Shown: one piece after another, positions 36,601-45,646 of the stretch
Layout of the letters: each line of letters opens with the position of its first letter
How positions within the stretch are numbered: position 1 is the first letter of the stretch
Source of the DNA: Botryllus schlosseri
Lineage: Eukaryota
DNA length: 64,000 nt
Reading direction: 5' to 3'
NCBI GenBank assembly: GCA_051294905.1
Contig: CM119379.1
Span: 25,606,001 to 25,670,000 of the forward strand
The notes under the pieces: generated by a model
The model's database searches: none
What the model saw: the letters and a program-made list of their open reading frames with translations, nothing else
What the model was told of the DNA's origin: nothing
Program-made: the position numbers and the translations under genes

Positions 36601-39600
36601 CAGTTCCATTTGTAGAGTCTCGTCGGCAGGCAAGGACCATGTTGAGAATTGGGTAAAAGCCGACTGTTTCGATGGTATCAATAGCGATCCGCGGCCTTCG
36701 TATATCAGAGACCCGTTTCTGGTCGCAGGAAGACTCAACGCATCTCGCTCGGTCCACGGGATTTGATAATCCTGGATTAAAAGCAAAAAGAAAACTTTCC
36801 ACAATTACAGACTTCGACAACTTATCTAATTTTGAAAAAACTGTGTAGCTATAATTCTGATACTAATCTAAAATTTTCTAGATGCCCGACTTTGATTATA
36901 CGCAATAGACAATGGACTAGAGGTCTGCTCTATTAATAACGCTGTAGCTCACAGGCCTACAAAATTACGATCCAAAATAAACTCATACCCAACAAGAATG
37001 AATGAAGACAAACTATACCTTCCGACTCACGAAACTTTAACAAAACCATGCATCATCATAAAATAAATGAGATTTCAGCCTTCGGGCATCTTACAAATAC
37101 AATAATAATAATAATTATCTTGAAAAGGATCGTGGAATTTTGATTAACTCCCACAGATTCACAATCGAGCTCTCAGCAAACTTGGTCATTATACATATTT
37201 TCATCCAACTGAGTATTTGCCAAGCTAATCCTTCAGAAACATCCTCCAACTATCATCTCCACACACATTAATTACAAAGTTAATCCGAATTATCTTTCAA
37301 GTACACAATTAGGGACACATTGATCCATAAGTCGATGTATCTAGTCCCAGATCAATGACACTTCTACATGAACTTAAGTTATTGGAGAGCACTTCCTGAT
37401 ATAATCTGTAGCAAGACTGTGTTACAAAAATCTTGGCCTCTTTCAAACAAAATAGTCCACGAAGATAAGATTAGCACATATGAGGGTAATACATATAGAA
37501 TTATTTGCTTAAAAGACTGATATATAGGCTTTGATTTATTAGTACTATTGACTTTGTGTTATTACAAATTCAATCATTCAGAGTTCCTGTGCAAATATAC
37601 ACAGGCAACCAACCAAACTCAAAGCCATAAATTACAAATATTATTCAAGGTAGGCACTAAACATTACATCTTTTCAATCTAGGATCAGTGGGAAATAATT
37701 GTGTTTTTTTTAGGTTGATTCAGTCACATCATGATTGATTCATATTACTGAGGTAAGCTAGAGTGTAAATTTACAGACGAACTTACCATTCTTTTCTTGC
37801 AGGCCATTTTCTAAAGGTACTTAATCACATCCTAAACTCAGATATATTTATATGTAAACCTCAAATTCATTGTGGCCTATTCGTACCGTAAACATAGGAC
37901 ATTGATAACTGAAAATCTACACCCCACCTATGAATCTACAGCTCCTTACAAGCAAGCAATTTTACAGTAATAAATGTGAGCGGGAGAATGCGGCCACACG
38001 TAAATTGATACTGGAATAGTATCTAATGACAATAGACATTTAAGCTTGGTCCAATCCATTGATTACATATCCTCATCCAGACATCATTCATTGTAGATAA
38101 CCAATTAACCATGTATCAGAGACTAGTTCCGTAAATTTACAGACGAAATCATCAGTTATAAATCATAGTACAATTGCATTCATTTTACTATGAAATAAGA
38201 GACAATGACTAACTGATATATAAGAAAAACATACCGTGTTATCCACAACATAATCCATAGGTGAATAATTTTGATACACATAATACACAGGCAGCGTCTT
38301 AGTCAGTAGCATATTCTTTATCCGAGAAGTATTATCTAAGTTGATAGCTCCTACAGGACGCAATTACACAGTGATACGTTGTTGTTCCTTAAATAAAAGC
38401 CCGAGGACCCTTCAGCCTCCATCAACACTCCTCAAAAAATAAGCATTCCTTATTTACCCACCAAACCAAATATACGTGACAAGCTCCAAGGCTTAACATG
38501 AAAAGAAAGTAGGCTTTATAAAAATGTTACAACCAGTCGATCACAATTCAGTAAAGTCTTTTATAGATGGGTAATTGACCACATCGGACGCTGGCAATGA
38601 GTTTTATAGTAACAAACAAATCATGTCTTTGGTACCATTGAATGAAAAAAAATCATTATCTCAGAGACTAGGCTATGTATAAATCAAACCCAACATATCA
38701 GTAAAGTCCAACTGGACATCATTTTTTTCAGATCCTGGCTCAATTTTCACCACTAGCCTAATTCACACTAGCATAAATAATAAAACAAACTAGCCTTTGG
38801 CACATCTTTTGTGCAGAATTTGAATATAGAGTGAAAATTTTGCCGAGTAGTCGCTATTGGTAATTTAAACAGCATAATTGAACACTTTTAAATTAACTTG
38901 ATCATAATACTGTTCCCAGAATCTTCTTAGGGGTACAGAACTGCAATATATAATTGAATAACATATCTATATTGAAATAAACCCAAATGTTTTTGAGAAA
39001 TAGACATATATTATTCAATTATACAATTTTATGTTGCACCGAGTCACAATATCACAACAAACAGTCCGTCTACGTCGAAATAGCAAGATTCATCTAGTGT
39101 AATATTGTGCTGAAATGTGTTGCACGGTTAAAAGGCTGTATATCTATATTCTCCCTCGGTAATTTATCGATCTTTTACCAAAACACGCCCAGACATACCC
39201 TTCCGTGACTGCCAATGTACGAATATCAGGCTAAAGGCGTAATAAAGTGTCCCGTATTTGACAAAGACAAATATTTAACATGCATTAAAGGAAGATCTGC
39301 GTAAGAGCTGTTTAAAAATAACTTTTATTTTCAAATTCTACTGGATACTTGATAAAATTGTTGCCTAAAAAACTTTGCAAAACAACTCTTGTCTCAAATT
39401 CAACCTATAGAAGCATTGCCGGAAAAAAAACGACGCAAAGCAAATTTGCCGCAATTCCAACCAGTAGAAGCAAAGTTATTGGAGTACAAAATTTTGCATT
39501 TGAAAAAGATAGTATTTACGATGGAAAATTCTTTAATTATGGTATCTATTGTAGATCTACCGACCGTAAATACTGTGATTTGAAATCCTAAATTTTGAAC

Positions 39601-39957
39601 AAACCATCTACACTTAGACTGGTGGGAGTTGAGCCAAATTTGTTATGCATCATTTTATCAGGAAATTAACATTTCATGAAGTATCCAGTAAAATTTGAAA
39701 AAAAATTTTTTATTAAATAAATCCAAAATATTTTGTGCATCATTATTTTAGGCAACATAACAATTTTGTCAAGTAACCTGAAAAATTTGAAAAAAAAAGT
39801 TAATTTTGAACAGCCTTAATATGCGTACCTTGTTCCGTATTCCAAGCAGCGACTTGAGCTGCACAATGTTCTCTTTCATTTGACGGCTTAATTCGTCCAA
39901 ATCGGATTTCGAGCAAGACCTGGCCGTTCCAGGAGATTCTGTCCCACCATGGGGCAT
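427..39957 (-). CDS. RIMBP2: RIMS-binding protein (RIMBP family) gene span, 25 coding exons, ~1473 aa, 3' end probably beyond window start
   Basis: Join (minus): 39829-39957,36578-36771,35540-35655,35195-35367,33882-34004,32091-32285,29982-30203,29002-29082,28201-28319,28057-28144,27298-27397,16168-16266,15465-15605,14728-14833,13822-13982,12529-12659,11509-11708,10910-11065,10407-10522,8939-9808,6920-7044,4965-5108,2866-3082,1316-1491,427-663. All GT-AG and phase-consistent, total 4419 nt. Domain order coiled coil, SH3, FN3x3, SH3, SH3 is that of RIMBP. Invertebrates usually have one RIMBP, so the paralog symbol is nominal. Confidence 0.93.
960..1175 (+). repeat. Dispersed repeat, second copy at ~48390-48560
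   Basis: gtaaaatg.caaatgataagttcaccgac.gtgca.aatct.cgatacaaacgaaat present at both sites. Confidence 0.8.
1186..1295 (+). repeat. Dispersed repeat, copies at ~36412-36500 and ~57985-58110
   Basis: actat.attctcgttgataaattaac...agt.gcaaggag...atcattagaat.aat.ctc. Confidence 0.75.
1316..1491 (-). CDS. RIMBP2: RIMBP exon: SH3-3 first half
   Basis: [45 protein letters not shown]; phase 1 to 0. Confidence 0.95.
2252..2753. mobile_element. hAT-type MITE family I (TAGGGTTACC termini, GAGGAC motifs)
   Basis: TAGGGTTACC...GTAACCCTA; related copies at ~40147-40445, 44204-44505, 49551-49860. Confidence 0.75.
2866..3082 (-). CDS. RIMBP2: RIMBP exon: SH3-2 second half plus linker
   Basis: [31 protein letters not shown]...; phase 0 to 1. 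Confidence 0.95.
3181..4029. mobile_element. Tc1/mariner (pogo/Tigger-like) MITE
   Basis: TA flanks; TIR CCGTAATTTTCCAAGTATA vs revcomp CCCTAATTTTCCATGTATA; subterminal TATAATACGCACCC motifs. Confidence 0.85.
4965..5108 (-). CDS. RIMBP2: RIMBP exon: SH3-2 first half
   Basis: [35 protein letters not shown]; phase 0 to 0. Confidence 0.95.
5322..5927. mobile_element. hAT-type MITE family A (TAGGGCTG termini)
   Basis: Perfect 8-bp TSD CTGTGTAC; internal subrepeats ttgttaggttgcctaaaaaacg...caaatttg..tcaattccaacc. Confidence 0.88.
5938..6466. mobile_element. MITE family A copy
   Basis: TAGGGTTGTTC...GAACAATCCTA; no TSD match. Confidence 0.8.
6920..7044 (-). CDS. RIMBP2: RIMBP exon: Ser/Arg-rich linker
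   Basis: [12 protein letters not shown]...SEMPSE; strong pyrimidine tract; phase 1 to 0 bridges the flanking exons. Confidence 0.8.
7088..7637. mobile_element. MITE family A copy
   Basis: TAGGG...GAACAACCCTA; degenerate flanking duplication (tgcgtag). Confidence 0.8.
7950..8880 (+). repeat. Minisatellite of ~30-60 bp units (aactagaactactcactt.caaaa....gc)
   Basis: About 20 degenerate units; short related stretches at ~58625-58740 and ~59975-60012. Confidence 0.9.
8939..9808 (-). CDS. RIMBP2: RIMBP large exon: FN3-3 end plus disordered region
   Basis: [27 protein letters not shown] resembles RIMBP FN3-3 (GLSNGANVTGYGVYAKGQRVAEV, recalled); 870 nt open; donor G|GTGAGT. Confidence 0.93.
10407..10522 (-). 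CDS. RIMBP2: RIMBP exon: FN3-3 start
   Basis: [19 protein letters not shown]...[13 protein letters not shown]; phase 2 to 1. Confidence 0.93.
10910..11065 (-). CDS. RIMBP2: RIMBP exon: FN3-2 second half
   Basis: [23 protein letters not shown]; phase 2 to 2. Confidence 0.9.
11509..11708 (-). CDS. RIMBP2: RIMBP exon: FN3-1 end / FN3-2 start
   Basis: [16 protein letters not shown]...[22 protein letters not shown]; phase 0 to 2. Confidence 0.92.
11880..12371. mobile_element. MITE family A copy
   Basis: TAGGGCTGTT...AACAGCCCTA; perfect TSD CTGTACAG. Confidence 0.92.
12529..12659 (-). CDS. RIMBP2: RIMBP exon: FN3-1
   Basis: [44 protein letters not shown]; phase 1 to 0. Confidence 0.92.
13275..13772. 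mobile_element. MITE family A copy
   Basis: TAGGGCTGTTCAAAAAAA...TTTTTTGAACAGCCC; abuts a family B end. Confidence 0.85.
13822..13982 (-). CDS. RIMBP2: RIMBP exon: linker plus FN3-1 start
   Basis: ...[19 protein letters not shown] resembles RIMBP PYPRKITLIKQLAKSVIVGW (recalled); phase 2 to 1. Confidence 0.92.
14030..14655. mobile_element. MITE with ~90-bp imperfect TIRs
   Basis: attccattataa.ttagc...tgtaatgcat.ccc...tgtccaa vs ttggaca...gggtatgcattaca...gctaaattataatggaat. Confidence 0.7.
14728..14833 (-). CDS. RIMBP2: RIMBP exon: SH3-1 end
   Basis: [16 protein letters not shown]; phase 1 to 2. Confidence 0.95.
14920..15394. mobile_element. hAT-type MITE family B (CAGGGTTGTAA termini, GACTCGAGTC-rich)
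   Basis: TIR CAGGGTTGTAA...TTACAACCCTG; TSD not preserved. Confidence 0.85.
15465..15605 (-). CDS. RIMBP2: RIMBP exon: SH3-1 start
   Basis: [46 protein letters not shown]; phase 1 to 1. Confidence 0.96.
16168..16266 (-). CDS. RIMBP2: RIMBP exon: acidic linker
   Basis: [32 protein letters not shown]; 99 nt, phase 1 to 1. Confidence 0.75.
16570..17196. mobile_element. MITE family A copy
   Basis: Perfect TSD TTGATCAT (16562-16569, 17197-17204). Confidence 0.9.
17700..17880 (-). promoter_or_regulatory. Candidate internal promoter (clustered CCAAT boxes, CpG-rich)
   Basis: CAGCCAATCAC (~17740), CCCAATCC (~17793, ~17868), all upstream of an ATGG...|GTGAGG exon at 17669-17689. Confidence 0.4.
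19249..19975 (+). repeat. Left subterminal tandem array of the MULE (12-13 bp units, core ACCGAGAAT / ACAGAGAAT)
   Basis: Dozens of accgagaatggacatt / acagagaatggacacc units. Confidence 0.95.
20934..21218 (+). CDS. MULE transposase exon 1: FLYWCH-type zinc finger
   Basis: [20 protein letters not shown]...[19 protein letters not shown]...HNH. Ends in TAG unless spliced at AC|GTTTGC (GT at 21209). Confidence 0.8.
   Translation: MTGVGQLREVDDETAEQSGPNVLAKYITSTRGNKLIAVGEFVFRRMKVSNGTSYWICTHYDRKKCRCSLKVLEGSEPPIVLKQSQEHNHSATFA
21345..21501 (+). CDS. MULE transposase exon: first catalytic D
   Basis: [22 protein letters not shown]...[21 protein letters not shown]; CAG|GTAAAT. Confidence 0.93.
21622..21825 (+). 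CDS. MULE transposase exon: second D and CxxH
   Basis: [45 protein letters not shown]; CAG|GTAAGC. Confidence 0.94.
21887..22022 (+). CDS. MULE transposase exon
   Basis: [22 protein letters not shown]...[10 protein letters not shown]; 61-nt upstream intron. Confidence 0.92.
22756..22942 (+). CDS. MULE transposase exon: catalytic E
   Basis: [11 protein letters not shown]...[31 protein letters not shown]; AA|GTGAGT. Confidence 0.94.
23014..23194 (+). CDS. MULE transposase last exon
   Basis: [11 protein letters not shown]...[16 protein letters not shown]...[12 protein letters not shown]; basic NLS-like KRKKK. Confidence 0.88.
24585..25198 (-). repeat. Right subterminal tandem array of the MULE (inverted relative to left)
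   Basis: attctcggtaatgtcc / attctctgtggtgtc units, the reverse complement of the left array. Confidence 0.95.
27298..27397 (-). CDS. RIMBP2: RIMBP exon: linker before the 11-kb intron
   Basis: [33 protein letters not shown]; ctgtttttctag acceptor, G|GTATGA donor; phase 0 to 1. Confidence 0.8.
28057..28144 (-). CDS. RIMBP2: RIMBP exon
   Basis: [29 protein letters not shown]; phase 2 to 0; follows a 56-nt intron. Confidence 0.82.
28201..28319 (-). CDS. RIMBP2: RIMBP exon: coiled coil
   Basis: [39 protein letters not shown]; phase 0 to 2. Confidence 0.85.
29002..29082 (-). CDS. RIMBP2: RIMBP exon: coiled coil
   Basis: [27 protein letters not shown]; CAG|GTGAGG. Confidence 0.83.
29982..30203 (-). 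CDS. RIMBP2: RIMBP exon: coiled coil
   Basis: [33 protein letters not shown]...[18 protein letters not shown]; phase 0 to 0. Confidence 0.87.
31268..31775. mobile_element. MITE family B copy
   Basis: Perfect 8-bp TSD AATATCAA. Confidence 0.92.
32091..32285 (-). CDS. RIMBP2: RIMBP exon: coiled coil
   Basis: [10 protein letters not shown]...[30 protein letters not shown](V); an alternative in-frame donor 3 nt away would end the exon at 32094. Confidence 0.85.
33120..33634. mobile_element. MITE family A copy, internally palindromic
   Basis: TSD ATGTACAC/ATGTACAT; arms are largely reverse complements. Confidence 0.9.
33882..34004 (-). CDS. RIMBP2: RIMBP exon: conserved N-terminal coiled coil
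   Basis: [41 protein letters not shown], similar to the LK.KN.EL..AK.LEE.A..L motif I recall from long RIMBPs. Confidence 0.88.
35195..35367 (-). CDS. RIMBP2: RIMBP exon: N-terminal coiled coil
   Basis: EDELPKRSR...[27 protein letters not shown]; phase 1 to 0. Confidence 0.85.
35540..35655 (-). CDS. RIMBP2: RIMBP exon: N-terminal low complexity
   Basis: [22 protein letters not shown]...VSSST; phase 2 to 1. Confidence 0.78.
36578..36771 (-). CDS. RIMBP2: RIMBP exon: N-terminal
   Basis: [15 protein letters not shown]...ELESNGHSF; strong acceptor tract, AG|GTAGGC; phase 0 to 2. Confidence 0.78.
39303..39818. mobile_element. MITE family A copy
   Basis: TSD ATCTGCGT/ATATGCGT; ends 9 nt from the RIMBP donor at 39828. 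Confidence 0.85.
39829..39957 (-). CDS. RIMBP2: RIMBP candidate first coding exon
   Basis: [10 protein letters not shown]...[25 protein letters not shown]; AAG|GTACGC; in-frame stop 12 nt upstream of the ATG; an AG acceptor sits 1 nt before the ATG. Confidence 0.7.
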
Positions 39958-42879
39958 GCTACCACAGCATTAGACATGGATTGCTTCAAGCAATGGAATA
40001 AGTTGATATTTATGCTGAAAAACAATAATCACGCAGTCATACATACTAACGGTTTTGGTGACAAATAATGATCACCCAGAAAAAACAGAAATATAAGTGT
40101 TGAAGTAACTTCACAGTTTTGGTAATTTACTACTAATTACTTATTCTATGGTTACCATATTTTGGAAATCTGAAAAGAGGACACTTTTGCAAAACCGGAG
40201 GAAAATCCTGAAAAAATGGTTAATTTTTCACACTTCGTGGTCAGTTGACTAAAAAAAAGGTCAACTTTCCGGCCCAGCTACCGAAATATTACTCCGGTGC
40301 TGATTTACTGGGTATCTAAGTCGATTTTGCCATATATTTAACCAGAATTCTCAAAAAAGAGGACAAAATTTCAAAAAAGAGAACATTTGGGCGTCCTCCG
40401 ACGACACTTTCAAAAAAGTCAAATAAGAGGGCAAATCCTCTTGAATCCTCTCAAATCCTTCCTACCTTATTCCTTAATTATACACGCAGTGATTAATGTT
40501 TATTCATCAAAATGTTGGGAAGTATTCATATTTTTACATCTTTTCAAAATTCTTAAATTAAAAGCAAGCTATGCCACATGAATCAAATCTCGAAATTTTC
40601 AACAGGAGATGTTCTTGTCAATGCTGTAGTTTGAATATCATAAGTTGGATTAGCAGTTATCAAAAGGTTGAAATATTAGAAGAATCGGTAAGAATCGTTA
40701 ATTCAAGTCAATGATTTCTCGAAAGAAAGCAGATGGATAAATTTGGAGTTGCAATGTATTAGTCTGAAAACATGCATAGTGAACTCATATTTGTCAACAG
40801 TCTGGGACTGAAGAGGGTTAAAGGATACTTATCCTCAACGCGGGTAGGTAATAAGTGAAGTTCTTACAAATGACCAACATACTACCCATGAATTATGTCA
40901 CATTAGACAAATTTTATCAAGCAGTAGAGTATTAAGAGATTCCGGGTAAATTAGTCATGGAAATATTCGAATAGATCACTGGTTCTTAAGATTTTTGGTC
41001 CCATGAACCCCTCGGATATTAAAGTCAAAGTTCCCCTAAAGCAGAAGATGTCTGATGAATAATAGGCAAGAAAGGTCATCCATTCCAGTTGCCCAACTAT
41101 GGGTGCCGCTGTTTTAACGCTCTATAATTAACACATTCTAAGCACGTCACTACAAATCACCAAATTCTTGTTAAAAGTGTCACCCCCCCACCCCCCCCCC
41201 CCCCCCAGGTAGAGAAAAATAGTCAGTCAAGAAACCCTTCTGTCACAAGCAATTTATTGCCAAAAACAACCACTGTTTTCAGTCTGGAGTGCAGCAAGCA
41301 GGAAATGCTGGTGAACCAAAGAGCAACCTCCATTCCCCTCATTGGTTTCTCATATGTATGTATCTATATCCCAAGATATGGCACATTAGCAGAGCACCAC
41401 TGCATGTCTACACAAGTGTCTTTTATGATGATTTATGCATTTTTTGGTTTAGTGGGCACATCTGTTCTCAAATTCACTGTTTCAAATTGCTATTTTAGGC
41501 TAAAGATGGGTCCTTAATAAAACCGATAATCTTCAACTTCATTGCTTCACTGGGTCAGCCTGATGGTCAGTGGTCCGGTTCGGTTGGTAAGGCATCACTC
41601 TTACTTACAACTCATTCGTGTCCGCTTATAAAGTCACAGCACTGATACATATATGAAATGATGGTGCAGTGTCCATCATTTAAATTTCTATGCCTATTCT
41701 TATTCAGCTGGAAAGTATAATAGGCGACATTTACTGCTATAATAACAAATATCTTACCGTTGAAGCTTTCGAAAACCAGCACATACCCGCGCAGCAATGA
41801 AGCGTGGAAATTGTAAACATACGAAAGTGAAGTTTCCCATTTTATAAACAAACCTATACCGCCACCTTACGGAAGCATTCTCCTTATCCTACTCCAGACA
41901 CCCTGAATTTGGTGATGTAGCCACTTTTCAGATGTAGGAAAATTGTATAGGAAATCTAGGCGTACTCTGTACACTTGTACAGTGATATCATAGCCTACGA
42001 GATCGCTTACGGACAGACGGTCCGGCTTTTCAATCGGTAAGCTGTGTGTAGGTGGGTGTCTGATTTCAAAGACTAACTTTGTTTCGACACCTTCCTGTCT
42101 TTTCATTGTATTGCAGTTTTGTGGTGTTTTGAAATGATGAAATATTATTAAACTGATACTGATTCCGATGTGGATCAGGCCAACGATATATATCAGGGTG
42201 TCGAAACCCTGGCGCAATGTACAGAACGAATAGGCCTACTAGTCGGCCTTCACCAATTACCGGACTACGACCTGACATATCGATCTCGCCTTCGGTCACT
42301 TGCCACCTGATTTCATCAATTGCCATTTTATTTTATCTTCTTTTACTTTCATTCAGTGTGCTGTGCATGCCTCCTCTTTACTTCGCCTACGCCCAAGTGG
42401 GTGTATGATCTCAAAGACTAGCCCTAGTAGTTTCGGCATCTTCCTATCATTCATTGTATTGCAGTCTTGTGATGTGATGAAATTTTATGAATAAACTTGA
42501 ACTTGAACTTATATATCTACCGGTGGACCACGTAGGTATATGGCTAATGATATATAGCGTTGAATATTGCAAGAGACCGTGTACCGATGTTGCTTAGGCG
42601 AGTACTGCGCAATGGATGGCGTGGACAGAATATGGCGCTGCAGACTGGATGACCAATGATATATCATTGGAATAGCCTAACTCAGCGGTTCCAATACTAA
42701 TGTCCATCGTCCAAGCACCTCGATGGTTCAGGAAAGGAAAGGAATTTAGTTTATTTTTGTCCTTGATGTTTTTGCGGCATGTACACCGACTGCGATCTGC
42801 GCATATGCATATCATGAGTGCATGTGCAATGTGCATATGCCGCTGGACAAGGAAGGTGCAGATATAGCCTTTTACGGCT

Positions 42880-43045
42880 TTCGAAGTCTTGCACCACCCA
42901 TCCATGCTATCCCAGTAATGGATGAGCGCCAAGCAGGAAAGCCATGGATACCAGTGTTACTAACCAGGTCTTTGGTCTTACCCGGCCGGGGATCGAACCC
43001 ACGACCTACCGATCAAGAAGCCGGACGCTTAACCATTACGCTACC
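42880..43045 (-). mobile_element. tRNA-derived SINE head and core
   Basis: Minus strand GGTAGCGTAATGGTTAAGCG (A box) ... GGGTTCGATCCCCGG (B box), then TAAGACCAAAGAC...CTTTCCTGCTTGGCGCTCA; no tRNA acceptor stem closure. Confidence 0.75.
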
Positions 43046-45069
43046 TTATCGGATAGCGTAAGACGAAAAGAAAAACTCGTTTGATCAACAGCATCATAAG
43101 TTTATTATTAACCACCACAAGATTGCGATGCATTGAACTGATAGTCGGAAGGACTCGACTTGGAGCTGTCTTTTAATTAGGGACCTACCTACTGGGCCTA
43201 GAACATGTAGATAATGCACGCAAGTAAGGCATATATATACAAATGCTTGTATTGCACACTGACTGAAAAGCCACGAAGAAAACGTAAAAGGATTAGCGAT
43301 GAAATGAAGTGGCACTTGTCAGTTGGCGAGGTCGATATGTCAGATGGGCCGGTAATCTCGAACGTTGTATATCATTTATTCAATTGAATCTGCTTGTATC
43401 ATGACTTGGACATGCTCGACAACCGTCTGATCATAGCAATTCATAGTATATTTGTCACCGAAATACTGCTCCACAGTTGTGAACCGGCTTATCACGATGC
43501 GTTATCTTGTAGTTCGTGCCTAACATGGTATGGACGACAAGGAAGCGCGTGTGATTTCCGTAGTACGAGCTTCCGAGGTGAAAAGGTCATTGAATTTTGC
43601 GATGTAGGCAAGTGATCGTAGTTGGACCGTTACACAAACTTTATGGTTTCCTCATATCTTCTATGTCGCACCGGCAAAAGTGCATTATTTTCCTCATAGT
43701 TTTAATTATACCTTGCCTTACCTCTCTAAAACAGTAGGCCTAGGCTACAGGAAAAAGACTGTTTGATTTTCGTCCATATCATTGCAGTCTTTTGACGATA
43801 GAGATGCGAAAAAGCGATAGGTCGTATAGTCAGTTAGTAGGCTACCACCGGCTCGAACTATTTGTGGGTTCGGACATAAGGAATGGTCCAAATTCATTTC
43901 GATAAAACTTATACGGATCCTTTAACCATCTGCTATAAAGTCTTGATGTGACGTGCCAAACATTGTCATTCGGGATCCAGCCCCATCATATTCATCGGAG
44001 CATTCCCGTTGCAATTCAGATTCTCATTGGTAGACCTACTTGGCCAATCTGTCAATTTAACATACCACGATTTAGACGTATTAAAATAACTTTTAGGCCC
44101 CACGTAGACCTATACAATTAAGGGCTAGGCTACAACACAGTGGTGTAACGACGCACTTCCGGTTGAATCGAATTTACACAAGTCGCGCTAGTAAGCTATG
44201 CTATAGGGTTACCATATTTTCAGATCCGGAAAGGGGGACACTTCTCGCAGGCTGCAATCGGACGAGAAACCGGAATTTATACAGCCATGCAATTTCATCG
44301 GGTTGGGTACAAATAGGTCAATTTTCCGATTCGACTCCCTTATATCAGCCAAGTTGACTAAATATAATTGTCATTTTTTCAACTCTACTCCCGAAATACT
44401 TCTCTCGTGAATTCGGCCCACATTTCGCGTAGTCCGTGGTCTTTTTAGGTTGAAAATGGCGACGAGGAGGACAAATCCTCCTGCAGGAGAACGCATGGTG
44501 ATCGAGCCATAAACACGACTATCCATCTATCACCCAAACCTTGTCCTAATGTCGATACTTCAACGCTGCTTGTAGCGAGAAGCAGCACGGCTGCTTTACC
44601 GTACTCGCATAGCGCTTATCGATCGGACGCCCCAGAAACCCCCTATTACAGTGTCAAATTCATCACTTTCCAAATCTGCAGATTCTACACCACATCATAG
44701 GAATTTCCTCTGCATCTTACCTCAAGATAGTGACATCGTCAACCCCTACGTCAACACTACCCTCAAAAGTAAGCTGCTTCAGTGTACAATTGTACATGGT
44801 ACATACAGTGACCTTCAATACGTTGATCCACTGTTCAACTTGGTAAGGCACTCGAAAAGCTTCTTCAGACGGTCGAGATGGTAACCATGAGCAACTACGA
44901 GGAGCGCAGTCAAGTAATTGAACAAATACGCAGCGGTACGATACCGTACCATTGAATTTAACCAGAGTAAGTCGACAATCTAACTAACAGTGATAGTCGT
45001 CAAGGGTTGTTGTTTGTGGCATTCATGGTGTTTGTCGAATACTATGTCATTGACACCAGGCCGCTATTC

Positions 45070-45270
45070 CTTATTTTTTTATTCCGTATCTGCCGACTCG
45101 TGGCACGGCCCACTTCTAGGCTTTTTGTAAGACACTGCTTAAGCGGATGAGATGGCGAGATGAGCCTAGATAAACCTCCAAGGTAGGAATTCGGGAGTCG
45201 ACCTCGAGCCCACAACCCATTGGTGTTGTAGCTGCGGATTACACCACTGCGCTATCTCGCCACCCACTCG
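45070..45270 (-). mobile_element. tRNA-derived SINE-like element
   Basis: Minus strand TAGCGCAGTGG (A box), degenerate B box GGCTCGAGGTCGACTCCC, A-rich end GGAATAAAAAATAA. Confidence 0.55.
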
Positions 45271-45646
45271 TCCAGGGTGACCGTCAGCAACTAGTAGATA
45301 ATTCGAAAGAACTTGGCATTCGATTTTCTTTGTTAGATGCTGGCGGTTAACCCTGATGAATGTCAGCCGAAAGTATTCGGGTTTATTTCAATATGAATAT
45401 GAATGAATTACGCAATTGCATACTGAAGTTCTGTACCTCCATGAGTCTCTAGCTGCATCATCACTAAATTACCAACAGTAAGTTATAGAAATTATGCTGA
45501 GGTATATATTTAAAATATATTAATCGGGGTCCGATAATGCTATCAACACAAAAACCATTTCATTCCACAGTACTCAAAAAGTCATGCTCCTTTAAATTAA
45601 ATCTGAATCGACAACACAAAATCAGGCCGGAATACGTCGGACACGC

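Noticed and set aside
42960-43045. Possible tRNA gene (also 45190-45265 and 61680-61750)
   Set aside because: A and B boxes are present but I could not fold a cloverleaf with a paired acceptor stem, and SINE core or tail follows
44457-44513. ATG GCG ACG... as start of a plus-strand gene
   Set aside because: It lies in the terminal part of a family I MITE (AGGACAAATCCTCC also at ~2716) and stops after 18 codons
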